From Phycisphaerae bacterium (GTDB lineage Bacteria; Planctomycetota; Phycisphaerae; UBA1845): a stretch of DNA of 64,000 nucleotides. The position numbers and the translations under genes are program-made. Numbering within the stretch: position 1 is the first letter of the stretch; each line of letters begins with the position of its first letter. Under the pieces are notes generated by a model, which was not told the origin of the DNA, ran no database searches, and was given only the letters and a program-made list of their open reading frames with translations. Location of the stretch: assembly GCA_963666835.2 (NCBI GenBank), contig CAXXGO010000001.1, positions 96,001 through 160,000 of the forward strand. Reading direction: 5' to 3'. This document shows positions 31,883 through 40,667 of the stretch, in pieces.

Positions 31883-34195
31883 TTACGGTGGGTTCATCCC
31901 CGTCATCTTCCGAACCGTTGTGTATACCGGCCGGCCGTCGGGCCCGTACGGATCGATCAGGATCTTGCGGTCGAAGACGGGAGATACGAACGTTGACGAC
32001 TGATGGCAGTCGCGGCAGCCGTCGGTGGGCGGAAACTGCGGAGTGTAGCCCCATGATTCCTCCTTAGGCCGCACGTTGTGGTCCTTACCCCACAAATAAG
32101 GCCACCAGGTCATGGGGATTCCGGTTCCCTCCGGTTCGAAGTAGCTCACTCCCTCGTCCGCTTGCGGATCCTCATACCATACCCGCTGCCCCTTAACCAG
32201 CACGGGTCGGTTAGCCACGGGTACGCCGTGCGCATCATTACCTTTCAGGGCGTTGATGCAGGCGAGGATTTCCTCAGGTCGGTTAATCTCCAATTGTCCG
32301 TCGCCGTTGTTGTCTTCGACTATGGGCAGCGGCTCGGGTATTACCTGGCTGACCCGCCACGTATATATGGGCGAGACGATGTCATCGCTCAAATCTTCGG
32401 GCGTACCGTTCTGGTCCCAATCGCCCCAATAGACCATGACCCAGATGTTGACCGGGAACAGCCGATCCACCCCGTCTACGTCTTTCTTCCACTTAAGTGC
32501 CGGATACCAGCGGCTTTTGTCCGGGTTGGTCGGATCCAGCGGATCGGCCGAGTAGTATTGCGTGGTCATCCCGACCGCGCCGGGGATCGTAATGTCCCTG
32601 AACAGCACCGCCGGCGCCAGCGAATAGGGGATGTGGCAGCTCTGGCATGACATCAGTTCGAACGGTTCAGTATAGTGAATGATGGGCTCTCCGGGGACCT
32701 CCGGAGCTTCGGGATGTTTCCCCGGATTCGGCGCGCCGCCCGGCAGTTGCCCCAAATGGCAACTTCGGCAATCGCGCAGGGTATTCCAATCGAGGTCGTT
32801 ACGGTATTGGATCTGAAAGCTGTTGCCCCGCCCGAAGTTGTGGTGCAGATCTCCAATGTGACAGACGGTACACGCTCGACTTTCCTCCGGCGGGATGTCA
32901 TTCGTCGGGTCGTCGTCCGACAGGTTGTTGAACTTGCGGTACATTACGTTGCTGTCGTCAAACCAGACCGTGCCGGTAATGGTGCCGTAAGGATGGCACG
33001 CCCAACAGGCTTGGTCTTTCGGAGGCCACGTTACCGAAGCCGGCGCCAGGGCGAGGCCGCCGTCCGGGCCGGCGAGAAGGCTCCCGTCGGCGACGCCTAC
33101 CGCGTAATCGATTTGCAGCGTCGGGTTGGTATCAGTTCTTTGTGAAGTTGCCGTGCCGTCTTCGAGGAACGCGGCGTCTGCAGTCGTATACGATTCGCCT
33201 GCCGGCCCCTTGGCGGCCGAGGCGGCGTACTCCATTTGCGAGAACCAGCCCTGACCGGCGGTGCTCGCCGCTGCGAAGGCCGGGACCGGTTGACCGTGCG
33301 CGTCTTGCAGAGTTTCAGCCGTCGCCAGCGTATTCTTGCGCCATACGAAGTTCAGATCGACGCCGTCCACAACAGTGCGGTCCGCCCGATGGCAGCGCAG
33401 ACAGTCCGGACCGGATAGGCCGGTCACATTCCACGGGGCAAGCCGTGACAAGCCGGTGACATAGTCCAGGACGCTGTAGTCACCATCCAGAGTTACGTCG
33501 TCCGCGGTCTGGCCGAGCACCTCGTAGCCGAACTGTCCGGTGGCTAAGTCATAGAATGGTCGACCGTTGCGATCGAACTCGCCCGGTCCGCCGCCCGGAT
33601 GGCAACTGCCACAGTCACGAATCCAGGCAAAGGCCGTCTGCTCCATGGCGGATTCGCTCGTATTGTCCTTGGCGGCCAAAAGGTACTTAAAGGTCTGACC
33701 CCACTTGCCGTAGCGGCCGGAACTCTTGATCCACCAGCGCCCGTCGGTGTAGTAGTCGTCCTTCATGTCGAGGTCGCCTGCGGTGTCCGTGCGACCCTGC
33801 TGGAACAGGAACCCGTTGGTTACGACGGAGGCATTATGGCAGCCGCCGCATGTTTGTCGTCCGCTGTATGGTCGGGTGGAGTCAATTGTTATCACGTTGC
33901 CGAGGTCGTCCTTGAGAGGCATGGGTAAGTGCCCCAGAGACTGCTGGAAAACGGAGAAGTCGGCCAGGTCGATCCGTTGGTCTCCGTTGAAGTCGAAGGC
34001 CCCGAGGCAATCTGATGAGATCGGTGCCGCGGTTGGCTCGAGGGGCGAAACGCACTCGGCGAAAAACGCGTAATCGTCCAGTCCTATATATCCGTCACCA
34101 CTAACATCTACGGAGGCAAACAACGCTGAACTCCCGGCCGTACATACAGCCAGGGTCGCGGCCAGAATTAGCGCACCGCGTGTATAGTCGAACAT
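31883..34195 (-). CDS. Secreted octaheme c-type cytochrome with N-terminal dockerin-like Ca-binding pair
   Basis: Signal peptide; DVSGDGYIGLDD and DFNGDQRIDLADF loops; eight CxxCH motifs (CGGCH, CGSCH, CLRCH, CWACH, CTVCH, CRSCH, CQSCH, CRDCH). Confidence 0.88.
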   Translation of the reverse strand: MFDYTRGALILAATLAVCTAGSSALFASVDVSGDGYIGLDDYAFFAECVSPLEPTAAPISSDCLGAFDFNGDQRIDLADFSVFQQSLGHLPMPLKDDLGNVITIDSTRPYSGRQTCGGCHNASVVTNGFLFQQGRTDTAGDLDMKDDYYTDGRWWIKSSGRYGKWGQTFKYLLAAKDNTSESAMEQTAFAWIRDCGSCHPGGGPGEFDRNGRPFYDLATGQFGYEVLGQTADDVTLDGDYSVLDYVTGLSRLAPWNVTGLSGPDCLRCHRADRTVVDGVDLNFVWRKNTLATAETLQDAHGQPVPAFAAASTAGQGWFSQMEYAASAAKGPAGESYTTADAAFLEDGTATSQRTDTNPTLQIDYAVGVADGSLLAGPDGGLALAPASVTWPPKDQACWACHPYGTITGTVWFDDSNVMYRKFNNLSDDDPTNDIPPEESRACTVCHIGDLHHNFGRGNSFQIQYRNDLDWNTLRDCRSCHLGQLPGGAPNPGKHPEAPEVPGEPIIHYTEPFELMSCQSCHIPYSLAPAVLFRDITIPGAVGMTTQYYSADPLDPTNPDKSRWYPALKWKKDVDGVDRLFPVNIWVMVYWGDWDQNGTPEDLSDDIVSPIYTWRVSQVIPEPLPIVEDNNGDGQLEINRPEEILACINALKGNDAHGVPVANRPVLVKGQRVWYEDPQADEGVSYFEPEGTGIPMTWWPYLWGKDHNVRPKEESWGYTPQFPPTDGCRDCHQSSTFVSPVFDRKILIDPYGPDGRPVYTTVRKMTGMNPP

Positions 34196-34310
34196 TGCCT
34201 CTCTCCCATAACCTGGCGTTGGCTACCCCTCCCTCCGAAGGGGGGCACCAACCACGACGCCTTGACCGGAAGACGGTCCGGTAACCGGAACCTGACCTTT
34301 GGGTCCTGGA

Positions 34311-34883
34311 TTACGGCGGATTCTGCTCTCCTTCTGTAAGCAGCCGCAGGAGCGCATCACGAACCTCGTCGTTGAACCCCGAAAATGCCTGATCCTGATA
34401 GAACATGATAGGCAGGTACCCAAAAGTGGTCGAGACGCCCTGACTGGCGGAGAACTCCGCTTCAAGCTCGTACATCAAGGCTACTTCCCCATCTTCGGTA
34501 GTGAGGTGCTCCTCGACCTTCAACGTCGGGTAATCCTCAACTATGCTGTTGAACCAATCCAGTGCTTCCAAACACATCGAACCGGCGTTGTTATGGAACA
34601 TAAGTAACGTACCCAGATCGGTCTCGTCATCGGGATCGGTTTCACCGCCGGGGTCGGTCTCATCATCGGGATCAGTTTCACCGTTCGGATCGACCTCGTC
34701 ACCGGGGTCGGTTTCGCCGCCGGGGTCGACCTCGTTACCGGGATCGCTCTCGCCGTCGGGGGCAACTTCGCCACCGGGGTCGACTTGACCACCAGGATCC
34801 ACTTCGCTGCCGGGATCCGGCGCTACGGCGCAACCGCCCCACAGCAACCCCACGAATAAAAAAACGGTTAGGAGTGATCTCAT
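34311..34883 (-). CDS. Lipoprotein with DPGGE(V/T) repeat stalk and thioredoxin/glutaredoxin-like domain
   Basis: Lipobox WGGC; about 11 six-residue repeats; FHNNAGSMCLEA...YLPIMF..QAFSGF. Confidence 0.7.
   Translation of the reverse strand: MRSLLTVFLFVGLLWGGCAVAPDPGSEVDPGGQVDPGGEVAPDGESDPGNEVDPGGETDPGDEVDPNGETDPDDETDPGGETDPDDETDLGTLLMFHNNAGSMCLEALDWFNSIVEDYPTLKVEEHLTTEDGEVALMYELEAEFSASQGVSTTFGYLPIMFYQDQAFSGFNDEVRDALLRLLTEGEQNPP
34617..34818. repeat. Degenerate 18-bp coding tandem repeat (about 11 units)
   Basis: Encodes DPGSEV DPGGQV DPGGEV APDGES DPGNEV DPGGET DPGDEV DPNGET DPDDET DPGGET DPDDET. Confidence 0.85.
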
Positions 34884-35803
34884 GGCGCCGCACACGGGTT
34901 CTGTAATTGGTCCAAGTCCTCCAGCTCGTCGAGCGGAGTAGAAGGCGTCGGGGTGGTGTAGAGGACTTCGCGGTTCTCAGGGATCAAGGCCAACGGTACT
35001 TCGAGATTGACCCCGCTGTTGGCGGTCACCCAGACATCAAAATTAGCCGCCCATTCAACCGTAGCACCGTCAAGGAGGTTCTCGTATGTGTCCCACCAGT
35101 CCTTCTTGACACCGCCCAGGTAGGCATGCGATGCCACCATGATTCGCTCAGGCTGCTTGGCCACGGCTTCGTCCACCACGTCGGCGAACTCGGCGGCCGT
35201 CGAGCCGCGTGCCCACAGAGAGTAATCGCACAGACTCCCGCGCCCCATATCCTCGAAGGTCACGTTACTGACCGAGATGATCTTGCAGTCATATTCATCC
35301 GGCTGGTAGATGATGGCTTCGACGTCACTGGTGCCGCGGGCCAGGACATATTCTACGCCAAGAGCCTCGGCGGCTTTCAGGGTGTTCTCGTCGTACGCGA
35401 AGTAGCGACTTCCGAACACTCGCATGGGTTTCTCGGTAACGGTTTCGACCAGTTCCTGCGCTTCCTCGATCACGGCTAACTGGGTTTCGTAATCCACATC
35501 CCATAAGGGCTCCTGCGAGTAGCCGCCGGCAATCTCATGGCCTTCGTCGGCGAGCCACTTGATGTCCTCGGGGTACTCCTCCAGGATGTTCGCGGTCACG
35601 AAGACCAGGGACTTCAGACCACGCTGATCCAACTCGTAGGCCCAATTCCTCAGCCCGTCCATGTGCTCGAACTCTATCAACTGAATGAGCCCCACCGGTT
35701 TCTGCTCGTCGGGCTCATCCACCATGAACGGCCAATTGACACACCCCGTAACAAGCAGAACAAACGCCGCTGGAACGATCGTCTGTCGTATCATCCTTAC
35801 CAT
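34880..35803 (-). CDS. Polysaccharide deacetylase (NodB/CE4)-like lipoprotein
   Basis: Lipobox VTGC; FVTAN..E.YP....L...GHEIA...; MRVFGSRY...L..LG..Y. The canonical His pair is not evident. Confidence 0.7.
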   Translation of the reverse strand: MVRMIRQTIVPAAFVLLVTGCVNWPFMVDEPDEQKPVGLIQLIEFEHMDGLRNWAYELDQRGLKSLVFVTANILEEYPEDIKWLADEGHEIAGGYSQEPLWDVDYETQLAVIEEAQELVETVTEKPMRVFGSRYFAYDENTLKAAEALGVEYVLARGTSDVEAIIYQPDEYDCKIISVSNVTFEDMGRGSLCDYSLWARGSTAAEFADVVDEAVAKQPERIMVASHAYLGGVKKDWWDTYENLLDGATVEWAANFDVWVTANSGVNLEVPLALIPENREVLYTTPTPSTPLDELEDLDQLQNPCAAP

Positions 35804-36074
35804 CTCTCGAATCCTTCCGTTTGGGCAACGTCCTCATGAACGACGGCCAGACCACGGTTATCTGTAAGCGGCAGAGAAACTCAACATGTCCCCGCTCGCG
35901 ACAATTCGATCTTAACCCTCCCAATCGTTCTATGAACCCCCGGGGCTCTCAAACGGCAACGGAAGCCGTTGGCGGCCTCCTCGCCCGGCTGTTCCGGACC
36001 GGCCTGGGTTCGGGTGGCAGGCTGGAAGCCTGCGCTGCGAATCGAACAACCCGGGTCCTACCTGGAAGGAACCC

Positions 36075-36091
36075 TGCAAAACGTACGCCAA
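36075..36091 (-). promoter_or_regulatory. Sigma-54 (-24/-12) promoter of the leftward operon
   Basis: The minus strand reads TTGGCGTACGTTTTGCA (GG-N10-GC). Confidence 0.75.
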
Positions 36092-36212
36092 TCCAGCCTG
36101 CGAAGAGCGGGACGCTCATAAACAGCTTTCTAGAAAGGTTTTATAGCGGAATGTCCGATATGGCAACATGAGCTTGCAGGCGCAAATCGAGATGATATGA
36201 GCGGGGTCCGGC

Positions 36213-36226
36213 ATGCAAAATGCAAT
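36213..36226. promoter_or_regulatory. Putative activator (UAS) palindrome TGCA-N3-TGCA
   Basis: ATGCAAAATGCAAT, about 125 bp upstream of the leftward sigma-54 site; same pattern as 37802-37816. Confidence 0.6.
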
Positions 36227-36471
36227 GGAGAACTCCGGAGTGGACCGATACCGAGCGGGTGTCCGCTGCCGTGGTGGGTGGGCGTTGGATCTCCGCCCGT
36301 AGCGTAGTCGGTGGAGGCGCACGGGGGAGACGCGCGGAGCGTGCGGCGGCTTGGCGTACCTGAACGAATTGGTGGCTGTTTCGCCTTGAGTCATGTGGCG
36401 GAAAAAATAGGTGACTGTCCCCCATTAAAACGCCCATTAAAACGCCCGACCGACAAGCGAGAGATGTTATC

Positions 36472-37797
36472 TTGGAGTCCATCGCCGATGGGGTCTTTAC
36501 CGTCGACTTGGACTGGCGGATTACGTCGTTCAACGGGGCGGCAGAGCGGATTACCGGGGTGTTGCGCCAGGACGCCATCGGACAGAAGTGCTGCGACGTC
36601 TTCCGGGCGAGCATCTGCGAAAACGAGTGCGCGCTCAGAGAAACGCGGGGTGGTAGCCGCCCCATCGTTAACAAAGCGATCTACATCCTCGATGCAGAAG
36701 GTCGGCGGGTGCCGATCAGCATCTCGGCGGCCGCTCTGAAGGACCCCGACGGCAACGTCATCGGAGGGGTCGAGACCTTCCGCGATCTGAGCATGGTCGA
36801 AGAGCTCCGCAAGGAACTCGAGGGTACCTACACCTTCGCGGACATCGTTGGTCGCGGGCCGGCCATGCGGCAGCTCTTCGACCTGCTGCCTAGAGTCTCC
36901 GACAGCGGCAGTACCGTGCTGATCGAAGGTGCCAGCGGAACCGGCAAGGAACTAGTCGCCCGGGCAATCCACAACCTGTCACAACGCCGCGGCAAGCGCT
37001 TCGTGGCAATCAACTGCGGGGCTTTGCCGGATACGCTGCTGGAATCGGAGCTGTTCGGCTACAAGGCCGGGGCGTTTACCGATGCCCGGCGCGACAAGCC
37101 GGGTCGGTTCGCGGCCGCGTCCGGCGGGACTATCCTGCTCGACGAGATCGGGGACGTATCCCCGGCCATGCAGTCGCGTTTGCTGCGGGTTCTGCAGGAG
37201 CGCGTCTATGAGCCGCTGGGCTCGGTTGAGCCGGTCGAGACGGATGTTCGCGTCATCGCGGCCACAAACAAGGACCTCGCGCGATTGGTTCGCAAGGGCA
37301 CATTCCGCCAGGATCTGTACTACCGGATCAACGTCATTCGGCTGAAGTTGCCGCCGCTACGTGATCGACGCGAGGATGTGCCGCTTCTGGTGGAGCGCTT
37401 CATCGGCAAGTTCAATCGCCTGCAGAACAAAGACGTCGCCGGAGTCTCGGACGAGACCCTGGCGATCCTCATGGAGCACGACTATCCGGGAAACGTCCGC
37501 GAATTGGAGAACATCGTCGAACATGCGTTTGTGCTGCGCCAGTCCGGTATGATCGAACCGTGCCACCTTCCGCCGTCGCTGCGCGGCGATGACGATGTCA
37601 AGCCTCTGCGCCCTCAGGGTGCCCGAACGCTTAAAGCCCTTGAGGCCATCCACATCGTCGATTCCATTCGAAGAAACGGTGGCAACCGCACGGCCGCCGC
37701 CAAGGAACTGGGGATCAACCCCAGCACCCTGTTCCGCAAAATCAAGTTGCTGGGAATAGAGCTTCCCGGGCTCGGACACCCGGAACAGGCCGAATAG
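36472..37797 (+). CDS. PAS-domain sigma-54 activator with Fis HTH (OrpR-like)
   Basis: PAS domain with CX8CX3C (CCDVFRASICENEC), GASGTGKE, ESELFG..GAFTDA, PGNVREL, C-terminal HTH. Start codon uncertain. Confidence 0.92.
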   Translation: MESIADGVFTVDLDWRITSFNGAAERITGVLRQDAIGQKCCDVFRASICENECALRETRGGSRPIVNKAIYILDAEGRRVPISISAAALKDPDGNVIGGVETFRDLSMVEELRKELEGTYTFADIVGRGPAMRQLFDLLPRVSDSGSTVLIEGASGTGKELVARAIHNLSQRRGKRFVAINCGALPDTLLESELFGYKAGAFTDARRDKPGRFAAASGGTILLDEIGDVSPAMQSRLLRVLQERVYEPLGSVEPVETDVRVIAATNKDLARLVRKGTFRQDLYYRINVIRLKLPPLRDRREDVPLLVERFIGKFNRLQNKDVAGVSDETLAILMEHDYPGNVRELENIVEHAFVLRQSGMIEPCHLPPSLRGDDDVKPLRPQGARTLKALEAIHIVDSIRRNGGNRTAAAKELGINPSTLFRKIKLLGIELPGLGHPEQAE

Positions 37798-37801
37798 AGG
37801 T

Positions 37802-37816
37802 GTTGCATTCTGCAAC
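37802..37816. promoter_or_regulatory. Putative activator (UAS) palindrome
   Basis: GTTGCA-TTC-TGCAAC, plus a weaker TTGCATCTTGCC at about 37836; about 125 bp upstream of the rightward sigma-54 site. Confidence 0.65.
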
Positions 37817-37937
37817 TCTCAATCCCGACATTGCGTTGCATCTTGCCGGACAAGGCCCGGGCCGCCTATAGGTCTTGAGCTACGTAACAGCTTGTTATAT
37901 AAGCACTTACCACCATATTGGCGGCTCGGCCTGTCGG

Positions 37938-37953
37938 TGGTACGCTGTATGCA
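37938..37953 (+). promoter_or_regulatory. Sigma-54 (-24/-12) promoter of the orp-like operon
   Basis: TGGTACGCTGTATGCA (GG-N10-GC), with an AT-rich IHF-like tract at about 37885-37908. Confidence 0.75.
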
Positions 37954-37966
37954 CGTATGTTCGGCG

Positions 37967-38374
37967 ATGAAAGTAGCGATTCCAACTTGGCACGGGCGGG
38001 TCTCACCGGTGTTCGACGTCGCGAAGCAGTTGCTGGTCGTGGTTGTTGAGGGCGGCGTCGAGGTTAGCCGGGAGGATCAGGGGCTTGACGAGATGGATTT
38101 GCCACGGCGAGCCGGTCGTGTGGCCGAACTCGGCGTGGACGTGCTGATTTGCGGGGCGATATCCGCGCCGCTGGAATGCATGTTGGTATCGGCCGGCGTG
38201 CGGGTCGTCGGGCATGTCTGCGGGCCGGTCAAAGAAGTGCTCGAGGCGTTCGTGACAGGACAGTTGACAGACACGGCGTTCTTGATGCCGGGTTGCTGTG
38301 GTCGGCAGCGTGGGGCACGACGTCGGCATCGCGGTGGCCGGTGCAGGCCGGGCACGCCGGGAGGAACGGTATGA
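37967..38374 (+). CDS. NifB/NifX-family (dinitrogenase FeMo-cofactor-like) protein
   Basis: MKVAIP...RVSPVFD...GVDVLICGAIS...FLMPGC. Confidence 0.88.
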   Translation: MKVAIPTWHGRVSPVFDVAKQLLVVVVEGGVEVSREDQGLDEMDLPRRAGRVAELGVDVLICGAISAPLECMLVSAGVRVVGHVCGPVKEVLEAFVTGQLTDTAFLMPGCCGRQRGARRRHRGGRCRPGTPGGTV

Positions 38375-38730
38375 AAGTGGCAATCACGGCACAAGGTGCG
38401 GACATGGACGCCGAAGTTGATCCCCGCTTCGGCCGGGCGAAGTTCTTTATTGTGGTTGATCTCGATACCGGTGATTTCTCGGCACATGACAACACTCAGA
38501 ATCTCAACGCGGCTCAAGGTGCGGGCATCCAGGCCGCGCAGAACGTGGTGAACCTCGGAGTGGAAGCGGTCATCACCGGGAATGTCGGACCTAAGGCGTT
38601 TACCGCTCTTGAGGCGGGCAACGTCAAACAGTACATCGGGGCCGCCGGCTCCGTGCGTGATACGCTCGAGAAATACAAAGCCGGGCAGCTTGAGGTAGCG
38701 GCTAACGCCAACGTGAGTGGACACTGGTGA
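38371..38730 (+). CDS. NifB/NifX-family protein (orange protein, ORP-like)
   Basis: MKVAITA...DPRFGRA...GAGIQAAQ...ITGNVGPKAF...NVSGHW. Confidence 0.9.
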   Translation: MKVAITAQGADMDAEVDPRFGRAKFFIVVDLDTGDFSAHDNTQNLNAAQGAGIQAAQNVVNLGVEAVITGNVGPKAFTALEAGNVKQYIGAAGSVRDTLEKYKAGQLEVAANANVSGHW

Positions 38731-38937
38731 TAGGAAGTTCGAAAGTGGGGGTTCCACCCCCGTGTAGCGGATTCGCCAGTGTCGTTTACGAGTAGATTAC
38801 TCAGGGTCCTTCAATTGTATTGAAGGGAGAGTGGGGGGTCTCCCAAGACGGGCGATCCTCTCACAAATGCTCCTCGATAATTTAGGGGTGAGGTACGACC
38901 CTGTGGACAATGAAATGAAGAAAGGTAGGTAAAACAA

Positions 38938-39297
38938 ATGCCGGGAGGTGACGGAACCGGACCGATGGGTCTCGGAGAAATGACTGGAAGAGGATTGGGG
39001 TATTGTTCAGGCTCGACGACACCAGGCTTCATGAACCCGATGCCCGGGATGGGGCGCGGAATGGGCTGGGGCCGTGGTCGAGGCGGACGTGGTGGGCGTT
39101 GGGGTATGGGTCGCGGTTGGGGCCGCGCGAACTTTGCGATGGGCGTTTACCCCGCTACGGTGAACTACGGGGTACCCTTTGCGGGCGAACCGGATGTGGG
39201 GATGCTCAAGAGCCAGGCGCAGCGTCTGGAAGGGGCGCTCAACGAGATTCGCAGGAAGCTTGCTGAGCTGGAAACAGCCCAAACGAAAGAGAGTTGA
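38938..39297 (+). CDS. DUF5320-family Gly/Arg-rich protein
   Basis: MPGGDGTGPMG..MTGRGLGYC, RG-rich middle, C-terminal coiled coil. Confidence 0.88.
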   Translation: MPGGDGTGPMGLGEMTGRGLGYCSGSTTPGFMNPMPGMGRGMGWGRGRGGRGGRWGMGRGWGRANFAMGVYPATVNYGVPFAGEPDVGMLKSQAQRLEGALNEIRRKLAELETAQTKES

Positions 39298-39299
39298 AT

Positions 39300-39674
39300 A
39301 TGCCGCGAGGCGATGGAACGGGACCGGGTGGAGGCGGTGGCGGCCGCGGAGGACGTGGTGGCGGTGGCGGACGTGGTTGTGGCCGCGGAAGAGGCTGCGG
39401 ACGCGGCGGAGGCGTTGGGCAGGTAGCCCCGGCGGGGTCAGGTCGGCAAAGGACCACCCCGCCCGATACGAAAAGGACGGCGCCGCAGGGTCGGGCGGCT
39501 CCGGTGGCGACCGTTGATGCGGATGCGTGTTGCCTTTGTGGCGCTTGTCAGACGGTATGCCCGGCTAACGCGATTACGTTAGGAGACACGACTGTTCACG
39601 TTGACCAGGCCCTCTGCCGCGGTTGTGGGGCGTGTGCGAATGCGTGTCCGAGTGACGCGATCCGGCTCGCGTGA
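39300..39674 (+). CDS. DUF5320-like N-terminus fused to 2x[4Fe-4S] ferredoxin
   Basis: MPRGDGTGP, Gly-rich stretch, CCLCGACQTVCP and CRGCGACANACP. Confidence 0.85.
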   Translation: MPRGDGTGPGGGGGGRGGRGGGGGRGCGRGRGCGRGGGVGQVAPAGSGRQRTTPPDTKRTAPQGRAAPVATVDADACCLCGACQTVCPANAITLGDTTVHVDQALCRGCGACANACPSDAIRLA

Positions 39675-39722
39675 AACGGCGGGTTGTGGTCTAATAGGGC
39701 CGCGGGAAGACGGTCTGAACGA

Positions 39723-40601
39723 ATGCGAACGTATCTAGAATGTGTGCCGTGCTTTTTGCGCCAAGCGCTGTCTGCCGCTCGAATGGTTACCGACGACCCG
39801 GCGGTGCATGAGGAGGTTGTCCGCGAGACTCTCCGGCTCACTGTGACGATGCCGTTTGATCGGTCGCCGCCCTGGATGGGACAGCAGATTCACCGGCTTC
39901 TGCGGGAGGCGACGGGAAACGGCGACCCGTACGCCGAGGTGAAGCGGCGTTCAAACGACCTCGCCTTGGCATTGTATGACACCTTGCAGGGGCATGTCCG
40001 CGGTTCCGCCGACCTGTTCGTTACGGCCGTGAGTCTGGCGATTGCCGGAAACGTGATCGACTTCGGCTGTCGCAACCGGTTGGACAGCGAAGACGTCCAC
40101 CGGGCGATCGAAGATGCGTTGAACGATCCCGTTAACGAGGTTGCCTGCGATGAACTGCGGCAGGCGGTTGAAGACGCCGGGGACATCCTGTACCTGGCCG
40201 ACAACGCGGGCGAGATCGTCTTCGACCGTTTACTGTTAGAGCAACTGCCTAAGGACCGTGTCACCCTGGTGGTGCGCGGCGGTCCCGTGATCAACGATGC
40301 GACGTGGGCGGACGTGAAATCGATCGGGTTGGACTCGCTCGTTGCGGTAATGGACAACGGTGATGACACGCCCGGTACGATCATCGAGTCGTGTTCGCCG
40401 GCCTTCAAGGCGCGGTTTGAACAGTGCGATCTCGTAATCGCCAAAGGCCAGGGCAACTATGAGACTTTGGGGGGAGGCGATCCGCGCGTCTTCTTTCTGC
40501 TCAAAGTGAAATGCCCGGTGATCGCCAGGGACATCGGATGCAAGGTTGGAGAGATGGTTGTCCGCCGAAACACCACGCAAGCGCAGCGGGTCGTGACGTG
40601 A
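39723..40601 (+). CDS. DUF89 / ARMT1-like metal-dependent phosphatase
   Basis: ECVPC, AGNVIDFG, DNAGEIVFD, INDAT, AKGQGNYETL, KVKC. Confidence 0.9.
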   Translation: MRTYLECVPCFLRQALSAARMVTDDPAVHEEVVRETLRLTVTMPFDRSPPWMGQQIHRLLREATGNGDPYAEVKRRSNDLALALYDTLQGHVRGSADLFVTAVSLAIAGNVIDFGCRNRLDSEDVHRAIEDALNDPVNEVACDELRQAVEDAGDILYLADNAGEIVFDRLLLEQLPKDRVTLVVRGGPVINDATWADVKSIGLDSLVAVMDNGDDTPGTIIESCSPAFKARFEQCDLVIAKGQGNYETLGGGDPRVFFLLKVKCPVIARDIGCKVGEMVVRRNTTQAQRVVT

Positions 40602-40667
40602 TTCGAATCCAGCTCTCGGTGGCGGGCAACGTATGCAGATAGGGCATCTTCGATAAGGGTATAACGT

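Noticed and set aside
34617..34818. CRISPR-like periodicity
   Set aside because: These are in-frame degenerate 18-bp coding repeats with no unique spacers and no cas genes.
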